Positions 27,501 to 37,429 of a stretch of 64,000 nucleotides of DNA are shown piece after piece. Every line of letters starts with the position of its first letter. Position 1 is the first letter of the stretch. Below the pieces are notes generated by a model. That model was not told the DNA's origin. It was given only the letters and a program-made list of their open reading frames with translations, and made no database searches. The position numbers and the translations under genes were made by a program. The stretch comes from Fimbriimonadia bacterium (GTDB taxonomy: Bacteria > Armatimonadota > Fimbriimonadia > Fimbriimonadales > JABRVX01), in contig JABRVX010000059.1 of the NCBI GenBank assembly GCA_039961735.1, positions 1-64,000 of the forward strand. The letters run 5' to 3'.

Positions 27501-28081
27501 CTTGTTCCGACCTACTAGTGCGGCCTGCAACTGCAGCAGCCTGCCCTCGGCACGCGCATGCCCGAACAGCGCTGGCAAGGGAAGCCACACGTCGATACGG
27601 GAGAAGACGGTCCCGCGACGGATGCCCGAGGTCACTGGCCAATCCACCTCCGCGCCCTCACGGCGTCGGGGGAGAGATCCTCGGACCTGAAGTGCGGGGT
27701 CCCATAGTCGGCAACCCGCCGCGAGGCACGACCGTACTAGTCGGGGGAGTCTAAGTGCAGCCCAGATTCGGCCGTTTTGGGCCGCTCGGGCGGGCGATTG
27801 TCGTTGCGGGACTCTCGAGGCCGATCCGTCTTAGGTTCAAACCGCAGTGAGAGTCCCGCAAAATCGGCCGAAAAACATTATTTTTGTTGCAATGCGACTG
27901 CCCGATTGGGACCCTTCTCGGTGGAGACGAGGTCCGCAGGGGGAGGAGCTAGGGGTGCTGAGGGTGCCGAAACGTAAGCGTCGAACCGTTTTTTGCCTGA
28001 GTGTGCTTAGTGATTTAGACACCTTTGCGCGACTCTCCCCCTTTTTGAGGCCTTCCAGAGAGTCCCGCATAGGTTCAAAGG

Positions 28082-28111
28082 TTGACAGATCGCCAAATCG
28101 GGTGATAGAAT
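28082..28111 (+). promoter_or_regulatory. Leader promoter TTGACA-18bp-TAGAAT about 26 bp upstream of the first CRISPR repeat
   Basis: Read directly. Sits in an AT-richer leader (27860-28137) that also carries internal repeats (gagagtcccgca and taggttcaaa, each twice). Confidence 0.5.
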
Positions 28112-28137
28112 TGAACCTGGAGAGGGCCGAGGGAAGG

Positions 28138-28406
28138 GTCGCAGTGACCGCCCCGCTAACAAGGGGACTGAAACCTATTACCGGCTCTGTTACGGCGGCT
28201 CTTTTTTTATCGGTCGCAGTGACCGCCCCGCTAACAAGGGGACTGAAACCCGGAGGCGGGGCGTGGCGAAGCTACGCAGCTGGGGACCTCAGCGTCGCAG
28301 TGACCGCCCCGCTAACAAGGGGACTGAAACGATGACTGGTACCAGTTACCAGTCAACCCGCAAGTCCGCGTCGCAGTGACCGCCCCGCTAACAAGGGGAC
28401 TGAAAC
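28138..28406 (+). CRISPR. CRISPR-like array of 4 identical 37-bp repeats (GTCGCAGTGACCGCCCCGCTAACAAGGGGACTGAAAC) with 3 unique spacers of 38, 44 and 39 bp
   Basis: Repeats at 28138-28174, 28213-28249, 28294-28330 and 28370-28406. The repeat has an internal stem (CCCCG...GGGG) and a 3' GAAAC. No cas gene recognisable anywhere in the window. Confidence 0.85.
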
Positions 28407-28483
28407 GACTTCGGCGGCGGGGGCGAGCGCCGAGGAATGTACGGCCCGTTCCGATCGCTCGCCCCCGCCGCCGAAGTCGTTTC
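28402..28483. terminator. Perfect 28-bp-stem palindrome (gaaacgacttcggcggcgggggcgagcg ... cgctcgcccccgccgccgaagtcgtttc) with a 26-nt loop. Begins inside the last CRISPR repeat.
   Basis: Inverted repeat read directly. The 3' GAAAC of repeat 4 forms the base of the stem. Could be an array terminator, a palindromic spacer, or a remnant. Confidence 0.6.
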
Positions 28484-28696
28484 AACACACAGTTCCCGAC
28501 GCACACGCCGCCTTCCGTACCGAGCCGGTGTCGGCCGAAAAGTACGCAGTGGTGGCAAGTCAGCGTGACGTGCTGGGCCCAGAAGTAACAGACCCCGCGA
28601 TGGGTTCGAGCAATGGGTGATTAGCTGGTGCTCGAACGCCGCTCGAGCACAGTGCACAAAGCAACAGCACGACCAGGGACCCCGGCCGATACGGCG

Positions 28697-30733
28697 CTAC
28701 ACGCGCTCTGGTGCAACATGCATACGGAAGTCGAGGTGGGGCGGGGGCGGGTGATCGCGTCGAACCTGAGCCCGTTCCTTCTCGGATAGCGGTCGTCCGA
28801 CGAGGCTCCCCGCGCGGCGCTCCTGAAGCTCGAACCAGAGGTCGGTAAGGATCGAGTCGCCCTCTCTCAGGTCCCCGAGATCCATCTCGCCAGCCAGCGC
28901 TTCCTCCGCTGCGTCGAGGTTGCCCAGTGCGAGAGCAGCCTTCGCCTCGCTCACTCGAATCCGTCCGTGGCTGCGCATCGGCAACTCCAAAGACGTTGCA
29001 AATCGCAGTGCGTCCTTCGGCCTGTCCGCCACTAACAGTGCGTCGCAGCACTCGATGGCTAGCGGAGTTAAGTTAGGTAACAACTCCACGGCCTGCAGCA
29101 TCATATCCGCGCCCTTATCGAGTTCGCCGCGACGTAGTAACAGCTTCGCCAGACACCTCAGTGCCCACCCGTTGGGGTGACGCGCAGCAGATGTTTGCCA
29201 TTCTCGTTCTGCATCGCCCATTTGCCCTGCATGATAGTGCATGAGCCCGAGGTGCCAGCGTGACGCCCAGTGATCACCACACCCTCTACCGAGCGATTGC
29301 GCCAGTAGCTGCATCCACTCCTCTTGCACCATAAATGCGCCGGGGCCATCGCTCGGGTCTGGTTCGGCAAGTGCGCCTTCCTGCAGCAGTCGCACCCACG
29401 GCTGTTGCTCATCCGTAAGCGACGACTGAGGGAACGGGAGAGCGTTCACTTGGGAGTGCGCGAGTCTGCTGGCACTCTCTCCAGCAGCCCTCATCTCCTC
29501 CAGTGCACCCCACCCGGACCCCAGATGGAGCAGATCGTGCGGAGCCGCATCCGAGGCCACCAGCGCTTTGTCGTACGCCTGCTGCAAGTAGCTGGCAGGT
29601 GCCAGTGTATCAATCCGGTTCGCCACCTCACGGCGCGCCTGTTGCCAATCCGGGCCATGCGTGGCCTTCGTGTCGCATTGCAGGGGACCGTACACCTCCA
29701 GCCACGACCAATCGGCCGAAGCAGGCATCGGGATACACTCGTACTGCGTGCGTGCGAGCCCGGCCTGGATCTCCACATATGCTTGTCCCGGTTGCGACAG
29801 GAACTCTTGCCACCGCCTACCTCCCGCACCCATACCCCATACGAACAGCTTGCGGCCCTTCAGACGAGGCGTCGAGGCCTGGAACGTAGCGCTCCCATCT
29901 TCATAGACGGCGGCCACGAACGGTCTCGTCGGCTCGTCCACCACGAAGAAAGCGTCGCTGGCCGAGGGTGCTCGTGTCGGTCGTGTGATGTCGTAGCCGC
30001 CCCACTCCGGCAAGGTCGCCCGCGCCATACGTCCATCGTAGGCCATCTTGTATGCGTAGTTTGCCGGGGTGATGATACGTAGGTCCTGCGTTTCGGTCAC
30101 GGCTGCATTGGACCACCAGTACATCGGTATCTGGATTTCACGCGGGTTGCGAATGCGTACGAACACGTGTAGCAGTGGAGAGGCCGGAGGTAGGCATGTG
30201 TCCAACTGGTAGTACACGCGCCGTATACGGTCCCATTCGTAAAGGCGCAGGATCGGGTAACCCTCTCCTTGTACTCGCGCTGCGAAGAGGGGAGAACACG
30301 TATAAGGGGTATGACCGCGTATGCCGACATTCCACTCGACTCCTCCGCTGAACCATGCGTTGCGTACTGCTAGGTTGGCGGGCTGGAAGACTGGGTTGAC
30401 GTATAGTAGCTCGCGTGCCAGCTGCTTATCGTATAGGGACCAGAGGCGCCCTCCCAGGGTTGGCAGGAACGTTGCGTGCAGCCGCTCGTTTTCCAGCACG
30501 ATGGTGGGTAGCTGCATCGGTCGGCGCTTGCGCGTGTAGCCGTCTTGCAAGCGATGTGGGAGGATGCTCACCTCGACTTCCCATCCCAGGTACCTGCAGT
30601 CTTCCTCGGGAACATCGGGTTCTGCCTCTACCTTCCCGCCGACAGGGTTCACCGTGCCGAGGTCGGGAAGTGGGTTTTCGGGGCCGAGATCGGCACCCAT
30701 TAGCGCCAGCGTGCCTGTGCGCAGTTCAGTCAT
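28697..30733 (-). CDS. Hypothetical large protein with C-terminal TPR-like helical repeats (DUF5107-like)
   Basis: 678 aa. N-terminal beta-rich region and C-terminal TPR-like repeats (LLRRGELDKGADMMLQAVELLPN...). Family call is from memory. Confidence 0.5.
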   Translation of the reverse strand: MTELRTGTLALMGADLGPENPLPDLGTVNPVGGKVEAEPDVPEEDCRYLGWEVEVSILPHRLQDGYTRKRRPMQLPTIVLENERLHATFLPTLGGRLWSLYDKQLARELLYVNPVFQPANLAVRNAWFSGGVEWNVGIRGHTPYTCSPLFAARVQGEGYPILRLYEWDRIRRVYYQLDTCLPPASPLLHVFVRIRNPREIQIPMYWWSNAAVTETQDLRIITPANYAYKMAYDGRMARATLPEWGGYDITRPTRAPSASDAFFVVDEPTRPFVAAVYEDGSATFQASTPRLKGRKLFVWGMGAGGRRWQEFLSQPGQAYVEIQAGLARTQYECIPMPASADWSWLEVYGPLQCDTKATHGPDWQQARREVANRIDTLAPASYLQQAYDKALVASDAAPHDLLHLGSGWGALEEMRAAGESASRLAHSQVNALPFPQSSLTDEQQPWVRLLQEGALAEPDPSDGPGAFMVQEEWMQLLAQSLGRGCGDHWASRWHLGLMHYHAGQMGDAEREWQTSAARHPNGWALRCLAKLLLRRGELDKGADMMLQAVELLPNLTPLAIECCDALLVADRPKDALRFATSLELPMRSHGRIRVSEAKAALALGNLDAAEEALAGEMDLGDLREGDSILTDLWFELQERRAGSLVGRPLSEKERAQVRRDHPPPPHLDFRMHVAPERV

Positions 30734-30843
30734 AGCCGTTGGCTTCTTCCCCGCCCGTCCTGTTCCTGTCGCACATCTGGGGAACGCAGAAGCGCCGGGG
30801 GTCTGCCGCCTCCCGGCGCTAAGCTAGTTGCAAGGGTCGCGGC

Positions 30844-31062
30844 CTACTTTTGGCCGCCCCGCCTGCCGATGTTCGCCATGTGCTCGCGGTCGGCAGATAC
30901 CTTCTGCCCGCCACGACGGCCGATCTCGGCCATATGTTCGCGGTTCCGGGAGACCTTTTCGCCTCCCTTTTTGCCGGCACGGCGATGACCGTCCGGGTCA
31001 CCATGCCAGCCTCGACCCTTGGATGCGCGGTCCTTCGCTGCCTTTCCTTTCTCCTCAGGCAC
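30844..31062 (-). CDS. General stress protein with KGG-type repeats (YciG/Con-10-like)
   Basis: Repeated (H)MAEIGRRGGQKVS / MANIGRRGGQK motifs. Confidence 0.7.
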   Translation of the reverse strand: MPEEKGKAAKDRASKGRGWHGDPDGHRRAGKKGGEKVSRNREHMAEIGRRGGQKVSADREHMANIGRRGGQK

Positions 31063-31234
31063 AAAGCACCTCCTAAGCTTCCCTTGTACGTGGCGTCGTG
31101 TTAGGAGGAGAGTCCGGAGCCGCCGAAGACTGGGCTTCGGTCGGAGGGATTACACCACAGCCAGAGGGCCACAGGCATCGTAACACGGAACGCAAAGTGC
31201 CGCGCCGGTGAAACACCCTGCTTCCGCTTCAAAG

Positions 31235-31846
31235 CTAGTCGAGTAGCCTGCGCGAGGCTGCCCGAACGGGGCGCCACTGCGGGTCTTGGCGCGCCAGGGT
31301 CTCGACCATGCGATCCAGGCAAATTCCGGTTGCCACGGCCACGTTGAGCGACTGCATCAGTCCGTAGAGCGGGATGGCAACCAACTCGTCACAGGCGCTG
31401 CGGTGCTCGTCTGCTAAGCCGTGGAGCTCTTCGCCAACCACCAGCGCCGCCGGAAATCGCCACTCGACGCTGTGGAGGTTACGGGCCCTCTCGTGCAGGT
31501 CCAGGCCGTAGATGCGGTAGCCATCGGTCTTAGCTTGGGCGATTGCCTCGGCGCCTGGCTTGCGCTCGAACGGTTGCCAGACCGTCGCCCCCATGGCGCC
31601 TGAGAGGTCCCAGGGCCGGTCATCCGGGGCAAAGACGACCATCTCCAGGCGAAAGGCCTCAGCGATTCGAAGTAGGTTGCCGTGATTGATCTCTTTGTCT
31701 AGGCGTGGGCAGATGAGACGAATGGGAAGCCTCGGAATGTCAGGGTAGGCGTCGCGTAGTCCCGGGTCAGCGGGCGCATTCCTGCTTGCACGCCACATCT
31801 CTAGTTGGTGCTCGATGGTTTCTTCGACACGCCGCTTCTTGGCCAT
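31235..31846 (-). CDS. SpoU/TrmH-family RNA 2'-O-methyltransferase
   Basis: SPOUT motifs (RIYGLDL...LVVGEELHGL...AIPLYGLMQSLNVAVATGICL). Start ATG at 31846 (MAKKRRVEE). Confidence 0.75.
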   Translation of the reverse strand: MAKKRRVEETIEHQLEMWRASRNAPADPGLRDAYPDIPRLPIRLICPRLDKEINHGNLLRIAEAFRLEMVVFAPDDRPWDLSGAMGATVWQPFERKPGAEAIAQAKTDGYRIYGLDLHERARNLHSVEWRFPAALVVGEELHGLADEHRSACDELVAIPLYGLMQSLNVAVATGICLDRMVETLARQDPQWRPVRAASRRLLD

Positions 31847-31905
31847 GGGTTGGCATTCTCGGTATCGGGCAGGGGGTCCTACGGGTTGACACGGTTGTGA
31901 ATTTA

Positions 31906-31928
31906 TGATATTGTTGACAACAATATCA
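31906..31928. promoter_or_regulatory. Perfect 23-bp palindrome tgatattgttgAcaacaatatca in the divergent trmH/rrf2 intergenic region. Candidate Rrf2-family operator.
   Basis: Palindrome read directly. Overlaps a TTGACA hexamer and lies 4 bp upstream of the rrf2 ATG. Confidence 0.55.
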
Positions 31929-31931
31929 ACT

Positions 31932-32366
31932 ATGCCTCGCCTGATAAGCCTGCAGACGGAACACGCGCTGTGCGTCCTGGTGGAACTCGCCATTCAGCCC
32001 GAGGGCAAACCCTTGCAGGCCGGCGAATTGAGCCGCAGGGCAGGCATAGCCGTCGCTTCGGCACATCAAGTGCTGGTGCGGCTGCGCCGCCAGGGCTTCG
32101 TGCATAGCGAGCGGGGTCCTTCTGGCGGCTATGCGCTGGCGCGCGACGGTGACGAGATCGAGGTCGGAGAGGTAGTCGCAGCGTTCGAGGGTGGCGGTGC
32201 CGCGGCTCGTGGCGCCGCAGAGCAGCTGTCGAGAGTGGCGGTTCGCCAGTGGGCAGTGGGAGCCGAGAAGGCGCTCGACACTTTGCTTGCCTCCGAAACG
32301 ATAGGCGGGCTGGCTGAACGCGCGCGCAGACTGAGCGAGGCCATGGCCTTGATGCCAGGCCTATAG
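31932..32366 (+). CDS. Rrf2 family transcriptional regulator (CymR/IscR-like)
   Basis: N-terminal winged-helix region ([20 protein letters not shown]...[28 protein letters not shown]...[10 protein letters not shown]). Sits upstream of cysK, as for CymR. Confidence 0.75.
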   Translation: MPRLISLQTEHALCVLVELAIQPEGKPLQAGELSRRAGIAVASAHQVLVRLRRQGFVHSERGPSGGYALARDGDEIEVGEVVAAFEGGGAAARGAAEQLSRVAVRQWAVGAEKALDTLLASETIGGLAERARRLSEAMALMPGL

Positions 32367-32392
32367 ATCGAGACGAGAGTAGGAGAACGACG

Positions 32393-33334
32393 ATGCGAAT
32401 TGCAGAGGACATAACGAAGCTCATCGGGGGAACGCCGCTCGTCCGGATGCAGAGGCTGAGTAAGGGTCTGCCGGGGGACATCGTGCTGAAGCTGGAGTTC
32501 TACAACCCTCTCTCCAGCGTGAAGGATCGGATCGGCGTGAGCATGATCGAGGCCGCCGAGCGCGAGGGCAAGATCGGGCCGGACACGGTGCTCGTCGAGC
32601 CTACGAGCGGCAACACCGGGATCGCGCTAGCATTCGTGTGTGCAGCGCGGGGCTATCGGCTGATCCTCACGATGCCGGAGACGATGTCGGTGGAGCGGCG
32701 GAATTTGCTGAAGGCGTTGGGAGCCAAGCTCGTTCTGACGCCGGGTCCGGAGGGCATGGGTGGAGCGATTGCCAAAGCGAAGGAGATCGTAGCCTCGGAC
32801 CCCTCTCGCTACCTGATGCCCCAGCAATTCGAGAACCCTGCGAATCCGGACGTTCATCGCCGCACCACCGCAGAGGAGATATGGAAGGACACCGACGGCA
32901 AGGCGGACGTTCTGGTAGCGGGGGTGGGTACGGGCGGCACCATCACAGGCGTCGGGCAGGTGATCAAATCGCGGAAGCCCGAGTTTCGCTGTGTGGCCGT
33001 AGAGCCTGCCGCCAGTGCGGTGCTATCCGGCGAGCCGAAGGGCCCACATCCGATTCAGGGCATCGGTGCAGGCTTTGTCCCGCCGATTCTCGATCGCAGC
33101 GTTATTGACGAGATCGTGAAGGTACCGACCGAAGCCGCCATCGAGACCGCGCGAAGGCTAGCGCGGGAGGAGGGGATCCTGGCAGGCATCTCCAGTGGCG
33201 CAGCGGTATGGGCAGCCCTCCAGGTCGCAGGGCGTGAAGAGAGCCGAGACAAGATGATCGTGACGATCATCCCCAGCAGTGGAGAGCGATATCTCTCGAC
33301 ACCGACCTACTCCGAGCTTCCGGACGCTTGGTAG
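32393..33334 (+). CDS. cysK: Cysteine synthase A (O-acetylserine sulfhydrylase)
   Basis: PLP lysine motif (SSVKDR), GNTG, and a GTGGT glycine loop. Confidence 0.9.
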   Translation: MRIAEDITKLIGGTPLVRMQRLSKGLPGDIVLKLEFYNPLSSVKDRIGVSMIEAAEREGKIGPDTVLVEPTSGNTGIALAFVCAARGYRLILTMPETMSVERRNLLKALGAKLVLTPGPEGMGGAIAKAKEIVASDPSRYLMPQQFENPANPDVHRRTTAEEIWKDTDGKADVLVAGVGTGGTITGVGQVIKSRKPEFRCVAVEPAASAVLSGEPKGPHPIQGIGAGFVPPILDRSVIDEIVKVPTEAAIETARRLAREEGILAGISSGAAVWAALQVAGREESRDKMIVTIIPSSGERYLSTPTYSELPDAW

Positions 33335-33888
33335 CGGCATCGAAAGAACCACAGCACGCAGAGGCCGGTGAGGGCTCCGAGGAGCGCACCGCCCAGCACG
33401 TCCGATGGGTAGTGTACGCCGCGGTACACACGGGAGTAGCCAACTAGCAGCGCGAGCGCAACTGCGACCCAGCCGATCCAGGCTCTGCGGGTGCCGTGAG
33501 TGATGCTGATTGCCACCACGGCGAGCGCAAAGGAAGTGGTGGCATGGCCGGAGGGGAACGAGTATGCGTGGATGTACTCGTCGAGGGCCTTTGCGCCCAG
33601 GTCGGGCGGTCGGGGACGCTCGATCAACCTCTTCAGCCCTTGGCTCAGCAGCCCGCTCAGAGCGAAGGACCATAGCCCAGGCCACAGCAGCCGCCTAGCG
33701 GCCTCCGAAGCGAAAAATCGCTCGCGCCCTCGCCACCAAAGAAGGCTTATGGCCACCACTCCGCCTGCCTGAGCCCACCCCAGCCCCAGAGACGTGACGA
33801 CCCAGAAGAAGGCGTTCAGCCACTCGGGGTGCGGAACGCCGTTCAGGATCTCGAATAGGCGAAGGTCCAGGTTCTGGAAGTCGCTCAC
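33307..33888 (-). CDS. PAP2 family phosphatase (undecaprenyl/polyprenyl-diphosphatase-like)
   Basis: PAP2 motifs KRLIERPRP ... SFPSGHA ... [13 protein letters not shown]. Confidence 0.8.
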   Translation of the reverse strand: MSDFQNLDLRLFEILNGVPHPEWLNAFFWVVTSLGLGWAQAGGVVAISLLWWRGRERFFASEAARRLLWPGLWSFALSGLLSQGLKRLIERPRPPDLGAKALDEYIHAYSFPSGHATTSFALAVVAISITHGTRRAWIGWVAVALALLVGYSRVYRGVHYPSDVLGGALLGALTGLCVLWFFRCRYQASGSSE

Positions 33889-33960
33889 GCCGAAAGTTTA
33901 CAGGAGGGCACGGATTCCTCGCCTGCGCTGAGGTGCTTGGAATATAATCCGAGTAGAACG

Positions 33961-34296
33961 ATGACCAAGCTGCTTTGTGATTGTGGTCAACCGCTGGTGC
34001 GCAGGGATTTGGTGCTGCAGGAGTACTATATCCGGCAGTTCGGTCCGAGCTTCGTGTACATCAAGTTCCGCTGCCGCCGCTGCAACCGTTTGGGCGAGAG
34101 GTTTATTCGCCAGGAGGAGTGGTGGCCCGGGGTGTTCACCCCGAGATCGCGTGAAGAGCTTCATTCTAGCGAGCGCGAGGTGTTCGACGCGCTGGGACCC
34201 ATCACGGAGTCCGAACACCGAATGGCGCGAAGGCAGCTGCACAGCTCGAACCCTCTGATCGCGCTGCGCGCTTGGGTAGAAAGTTCGGGCGAGTAG
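33961..34296 (+). CDS. Hypothetical small protein with CxC...CxxC zinc-ribbon-like cysteines
   Basis: MTKLLCDCGQPLV...FRCRRCNRLG. Start ATG 33961; ORF extends to 33937. Confidence 0.4.
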   Translation: MTKLLCDCGQPLVRRDLVLQEYYIRQFGPSFVYIKFRCRRCNRLGERFIRQEEWWPGVFTPRSREELHSSEREVFDALGPITESEHRMARRQLHSSNPLIALRAWVESSGE

Positions 34297-34302
34297 GCGA
34301 AA

Positions 34303-34629
34303 CTAGCTTACGTGGCGTCGGAGGGCGTCGGCGATCTCGTCCTTGCCCCTAGCACCGACCATCTGCTCTACTACCTGTCCCCCCTTGAAAATCAGCAGCG
34401 CAGGAATGCCCATGATGCCGTACCGCATGGCCAAGCTCTGGTTGCTATCCACGTCCACCTTGGCTACCTTTGCCTTGCCTGCGAACTCCTCGGCAACGGC
34501 TTCCACGAACGGGGCAATCATACGACACGGACCGCACCAGGCGGCCCAGAAGTCCACGAGTACCGGGATTGAGGACTGGAGAACTTCAGAATCGAAAGTG
34601 TCGGCAGTAACAGCAATCGCATTTCCCAT
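34303..34629 (-). CDS. trxA: Thioredoxin
   Basis: WCGPC active site. 108 aa. GGAGG 7 nt upstream of the ATG at 34629. Confidence 0.9.
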   Translation of the reverse strand: MGNAIAVTADTFDSEVLQSSIPVLVDFWAAWCGPCRMIAPFVEAVAEEFAGKAKVAKVDVDSNQSLAMRYGIMGIPALLIFKGGQVVEQMVGARGKDEIADALRRHVS

Positions 34630-34864
34630 GAGCATTCCTCCGGTTTCGCCCTGGTGGCGGCAATCAGTGGGAATTGTAACCCGTGAGAGTCGAACGTGTC
34701 GAGTCGTTTGCCCCTTTCGTTCTTCGCCGATAATTGGGATAATGGAACCGGTCGCCAAGGACTCCGTCATTGGAAGGTGAACCCCTACCGGGACAGCCCG
34801 CTGCCATTGAGAAGTGCGGGGCGTGCCGAATAGGATATCGCACGGCTGGAGGGAGATCTCGCAG

Positions 34865-35614
34865 ATGAAGAGCAAGCACGTATTGTTCGCAGTCACGGCG
34901 CTGGCCGGCGCGTTGTGCGTGACCGGTGCCGGATGGGCCCAGGCCGGTCAGAAGACCACCACGAAGCATGTGGTGAACACCGGCCTTTTGGGCATCAAGT
35001 TGCTCGACCCGCACACCCGCGTGCTGCAGGTGTGGGGCAACCCTACTCGCATTGAGCCGCTCCAGGTGAAGCAGGACCAGGGCACTCCGTCCGGCGGTGA
35101 GATGACCGAGAACCCCTTTGGCATGGTCGGACCGGCCGGTCCTGCACCTGCTGGCCCTGTAGCGATGGGTCCTGCCGGCGTGGGTGGCCCCACAAAGGGT
35201 GGCCCTCCCGGAATGGTCGGGCCGACGATGGGGCCTGGCGGCATTCCCGTTGCCGGAGCAGGCGGGCCTGCGGGTGGCATCGGCGGCGGCTTCGAGGGCG
35301 AGATGACCACGACGGTCACGCGCTGGGTGTACAAGCGCGGAGGCACGGAGTACGCCTTCGTGATTGATGATGACAACCGCGTGATCCAGATTGACGCCAA
35401 GGGCTTCTCCGGCGCCGCGGTCGCCGCGGGCGGGATTCGACTGGGCTCGACGTTCCAGCAGGTGATGAGCGTCTACAAAAACCCGGACCGATACGACTTC
35501 AAGGGTCAGACGATGCAGTTGCGGTTCCTCAACAACAGCCACGTCGTGTTCCAGTTCGTCACTTTGAACGGCGTGCAGCGAGTGGTGTACATCAGCGTCG
35601 CCGCCGGCAAGTAG
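34865..35614 (+). CDS. Secreted hypothetical protein with Gly/Pro-rich low-complexity core
   Basis: Signal peptide MKSKHVLFAVTALAGALCVTGAGWA. PAGP/GGP repeat region. GGAGGGA RBS. Confidence 0.55.
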   Translation: MKSKHVLFAVTALAGALCVTGAGWAQAGQKTTTKHVVNTGLLGIKLLDPHTRVLQVWGNPTRIEPLQVKQDQGTPSGGEMTENPFGMVGPAGPAPAGPVAMGPAGVGGPTKGGPPGMVGPTMGPGGIPVAGAGGPAGGIGGGFEGEMTTTVTRWVYKRGGTEYAFVIDDDNRVIQIDAKGFSGAAVAAGGIRLGSTFQQVMSVYKNPDRYDFKGQTMQLRFLNNSHVVFQFVTLNGVQRVVYISVAAGK

Positions 35615-35627
35615 CCGTGCACGTGCG

Positions 35628-37379
35628 ATGGCCGGGGATCCGCAGGTCGAAGAGGTCCGCGCACGGACCGACATTCTCGAAGTCGTAGGCAACTACGTCC
35701 GTCTCCGGCGATCGGGAAAGAGTTTTCAGGGGCTCTGTCCGTTTCACAACGAGAAGAGCCCCTCGTTCTATGTGAACCCCGACCTGAAGACGTTCCGCTG
35801 CTTCGGATGCGGCAAGTTCGGCGACGTTTTCACGTTTCTCCAAGAGATCGAGCACATCACTTTCGTCGAAGCCCTCGAACGCCTTGCCGAACGTGTCGGC
35901 GTGCGACTGGTCAAGCGGTCGCCGGAGGCAAAGGGGGAAGCAGATGCGATGCGCGCCGCCCTGGATGCTGCACAAGCCTTTTTCCGCGAGCAACTGCTCA
36001 GGTCCCAGTCGGCGCAGGAGTTCGTGCGGGCCAGGGGCATACCCGACGGTCTCGCAGAACGCTTCGGGCTCGGGTTTGCGCCTGGCTTCGGGGACGCACT
36101 GGCGACAACTCTGCAGAAGCAAGGCCACCGGCTAGCGGACGCCGCGAAGGCGGGGCTGGTGGACCAAGGGCCGGACGGCGGTTACTACGACAAGTTCCGC
36201 GGCCGCCTGATGTTCCCAGTGTTCGATCCGCAGGGGCGCATTATCGCCTTCGGTGGCCGTGTGCTCGGGGTGGGCGAGCCGAAGTACCTGAACTCACCCG
36301 ACACTCCGCTCTTCAGCAAGCGCAACGTGCTGTATGCGTTTCACCTGGCCAAGTCAAACATCGCCGAGCGTGGCTTTGCGCTCATAGTGGAAGGTTATCT
36401 GGACGTGATCGCATGCCACGGTGCGGGGCTGGAGTACGCGGTCGCGGGCCTAGGCACCGCATTCGGCGAGGAGCATGCGAGTCTGTTGAAACGCTGGACC
36501 GAGAAGCTGGTGGTCATGTTCGACGCGGACGAGGCAGGACGTAAGGCAGCGCTCAGAGCCGCGCAGATCGCGGTAGCTGCTGGACTTCGCACGCGCATCG
36601 CCCGACTTCCAGATGGCGAAGACCCCGACTCGCTGCTCAAGAAACAGGGAACGGGGGCGTTGTCTGCTGTGGTGGCACGAGCTAGCACACCCACGGACTT
36701 CGAACTGGACCTTCTGGAAGCACGGCACGATCTGTCTTCCTCTGAGGGTGCTGCGGAGTTCGTTGCTGCTGCCGTGCGTGTGTTGGCCGCGATACCCAGC
36801 CAAGTGGAGCGCGACCGGTACATCGAGCGTGTCGCTCGCCACCTACCCAGTTTTCTGACCGACCGCGTACGCGCCGAGCGCTTGGTGCATCAGGAGGTAG
36901 CGGCGTTAGCCCGTGGTAAGGCGGTGGTGCGTACGGAGACCCGTCCATCCGCCTTGCGAACACGGTCCGCAGTAGAAAAGGCGCAGAGAGGCCTCCTGCG
37001 GGCTGCGTGCGACCCCGAATGGCGCGGACTGGGATGGCCCGCGCTGAGGCCGGAGCAGTTCCCATCGCCGGAGTATAGGGAGATCGTGCACGCACTGCTC
37101 GCCGCATACCCCGACATGCCGCCCCAAGGCTCTGCTGCGGAGGTGCTCGCCTCCGTGTCACCAGCGGAAACCCAGCGCGCTCTCCACGACATCCTGATTA
37201 CCGACAGCGAGCCGCTCGGAGAGCAGATCCTGAAAGACTACCTGCAGTGCCTCACCGTTGCGCTCCAGAAGGCGTCGAGGAGACGCCTGCAGGCCGACAT
37301 CAGCGACGCGACCACGAAAACCGATGCGGTATGGCAGGAATATTGCAGGCTTCTTGGCGAACAGAGCAGAGGGGACTAA
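35628..37379 (+). CDS. dnaG: DNA primase
   Basis: Zinc-binding CPFHNEKSPSF...CFGCG, then TOPRIM (EGYLDVIA...VMFDADEAGRKAA). Confidence 0.9.
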   Translation: MAGDPQVEEVRARTDILEVVGNYVRLRRSGKSFQGLCPFHNEKSPSFYVNPDLKTFRCFGCGKFGDVFTFLQEIEHITFVEALERLAERVGVRLVKRSPEAKGEADAMRAALDAAQAFFREQLLRSQSAQEFVRARGIPDGLAERFGLGFAPGFGDALATTLQKQGHRLADAAKAGLVDQGPDGGYYDKFRGRLMFPVFDPQGRIIAFGGRVLGVGEPKYLNSPDTPLFSKRNVLYAFHLAKSNIAERGFALIVEGYLDVIACHGAGLEYAVAGLGTAFGEEHASLLKRWTEKLVVMFDADEAGRKAALRAAQIAVAAGLRTRIARLPDGEDPDSLLKKQGTGALSAVVARASTPTDFELDLLEARHDLSSSEGAAEFVAAAVRVLAAIPSQVERDRYIERVARHLPSFLTDRVRAERLVHQEVAALARGKAVVRTETRPSALRTRSAVEKAQRGLLRAACDPEWRGLGWPALRPEQFPSPEYREIVHALLAAYPDMPPQGSAAEVLASVSPAETQRALHDILITDSEPLGEQILKDYLQCLTVALQKASRRRLQADISDATTKTDAVWQEYCRLLGEQSRGD

Positions 37380-37429
37380 GGCTCCGCTCCTGCCGTTAAC
37401 CTGTATGACCCTTTTGCTAGGACTCAATC

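Noticed and set aside
27847-28335. 162-aa ORF spanning the CRISPR repeats (repeated VTAPLTRGLK)
   Set aside because: It is an artefact of translating identical repeats.
34664-35692. 342-aa minus-strand ORF upstream of trxA
   Set aside because: It is antisense to a well-supported secreted-protein gene (34865-35614) that has a signal peptide and RBS. It has no RBS and junk composition.
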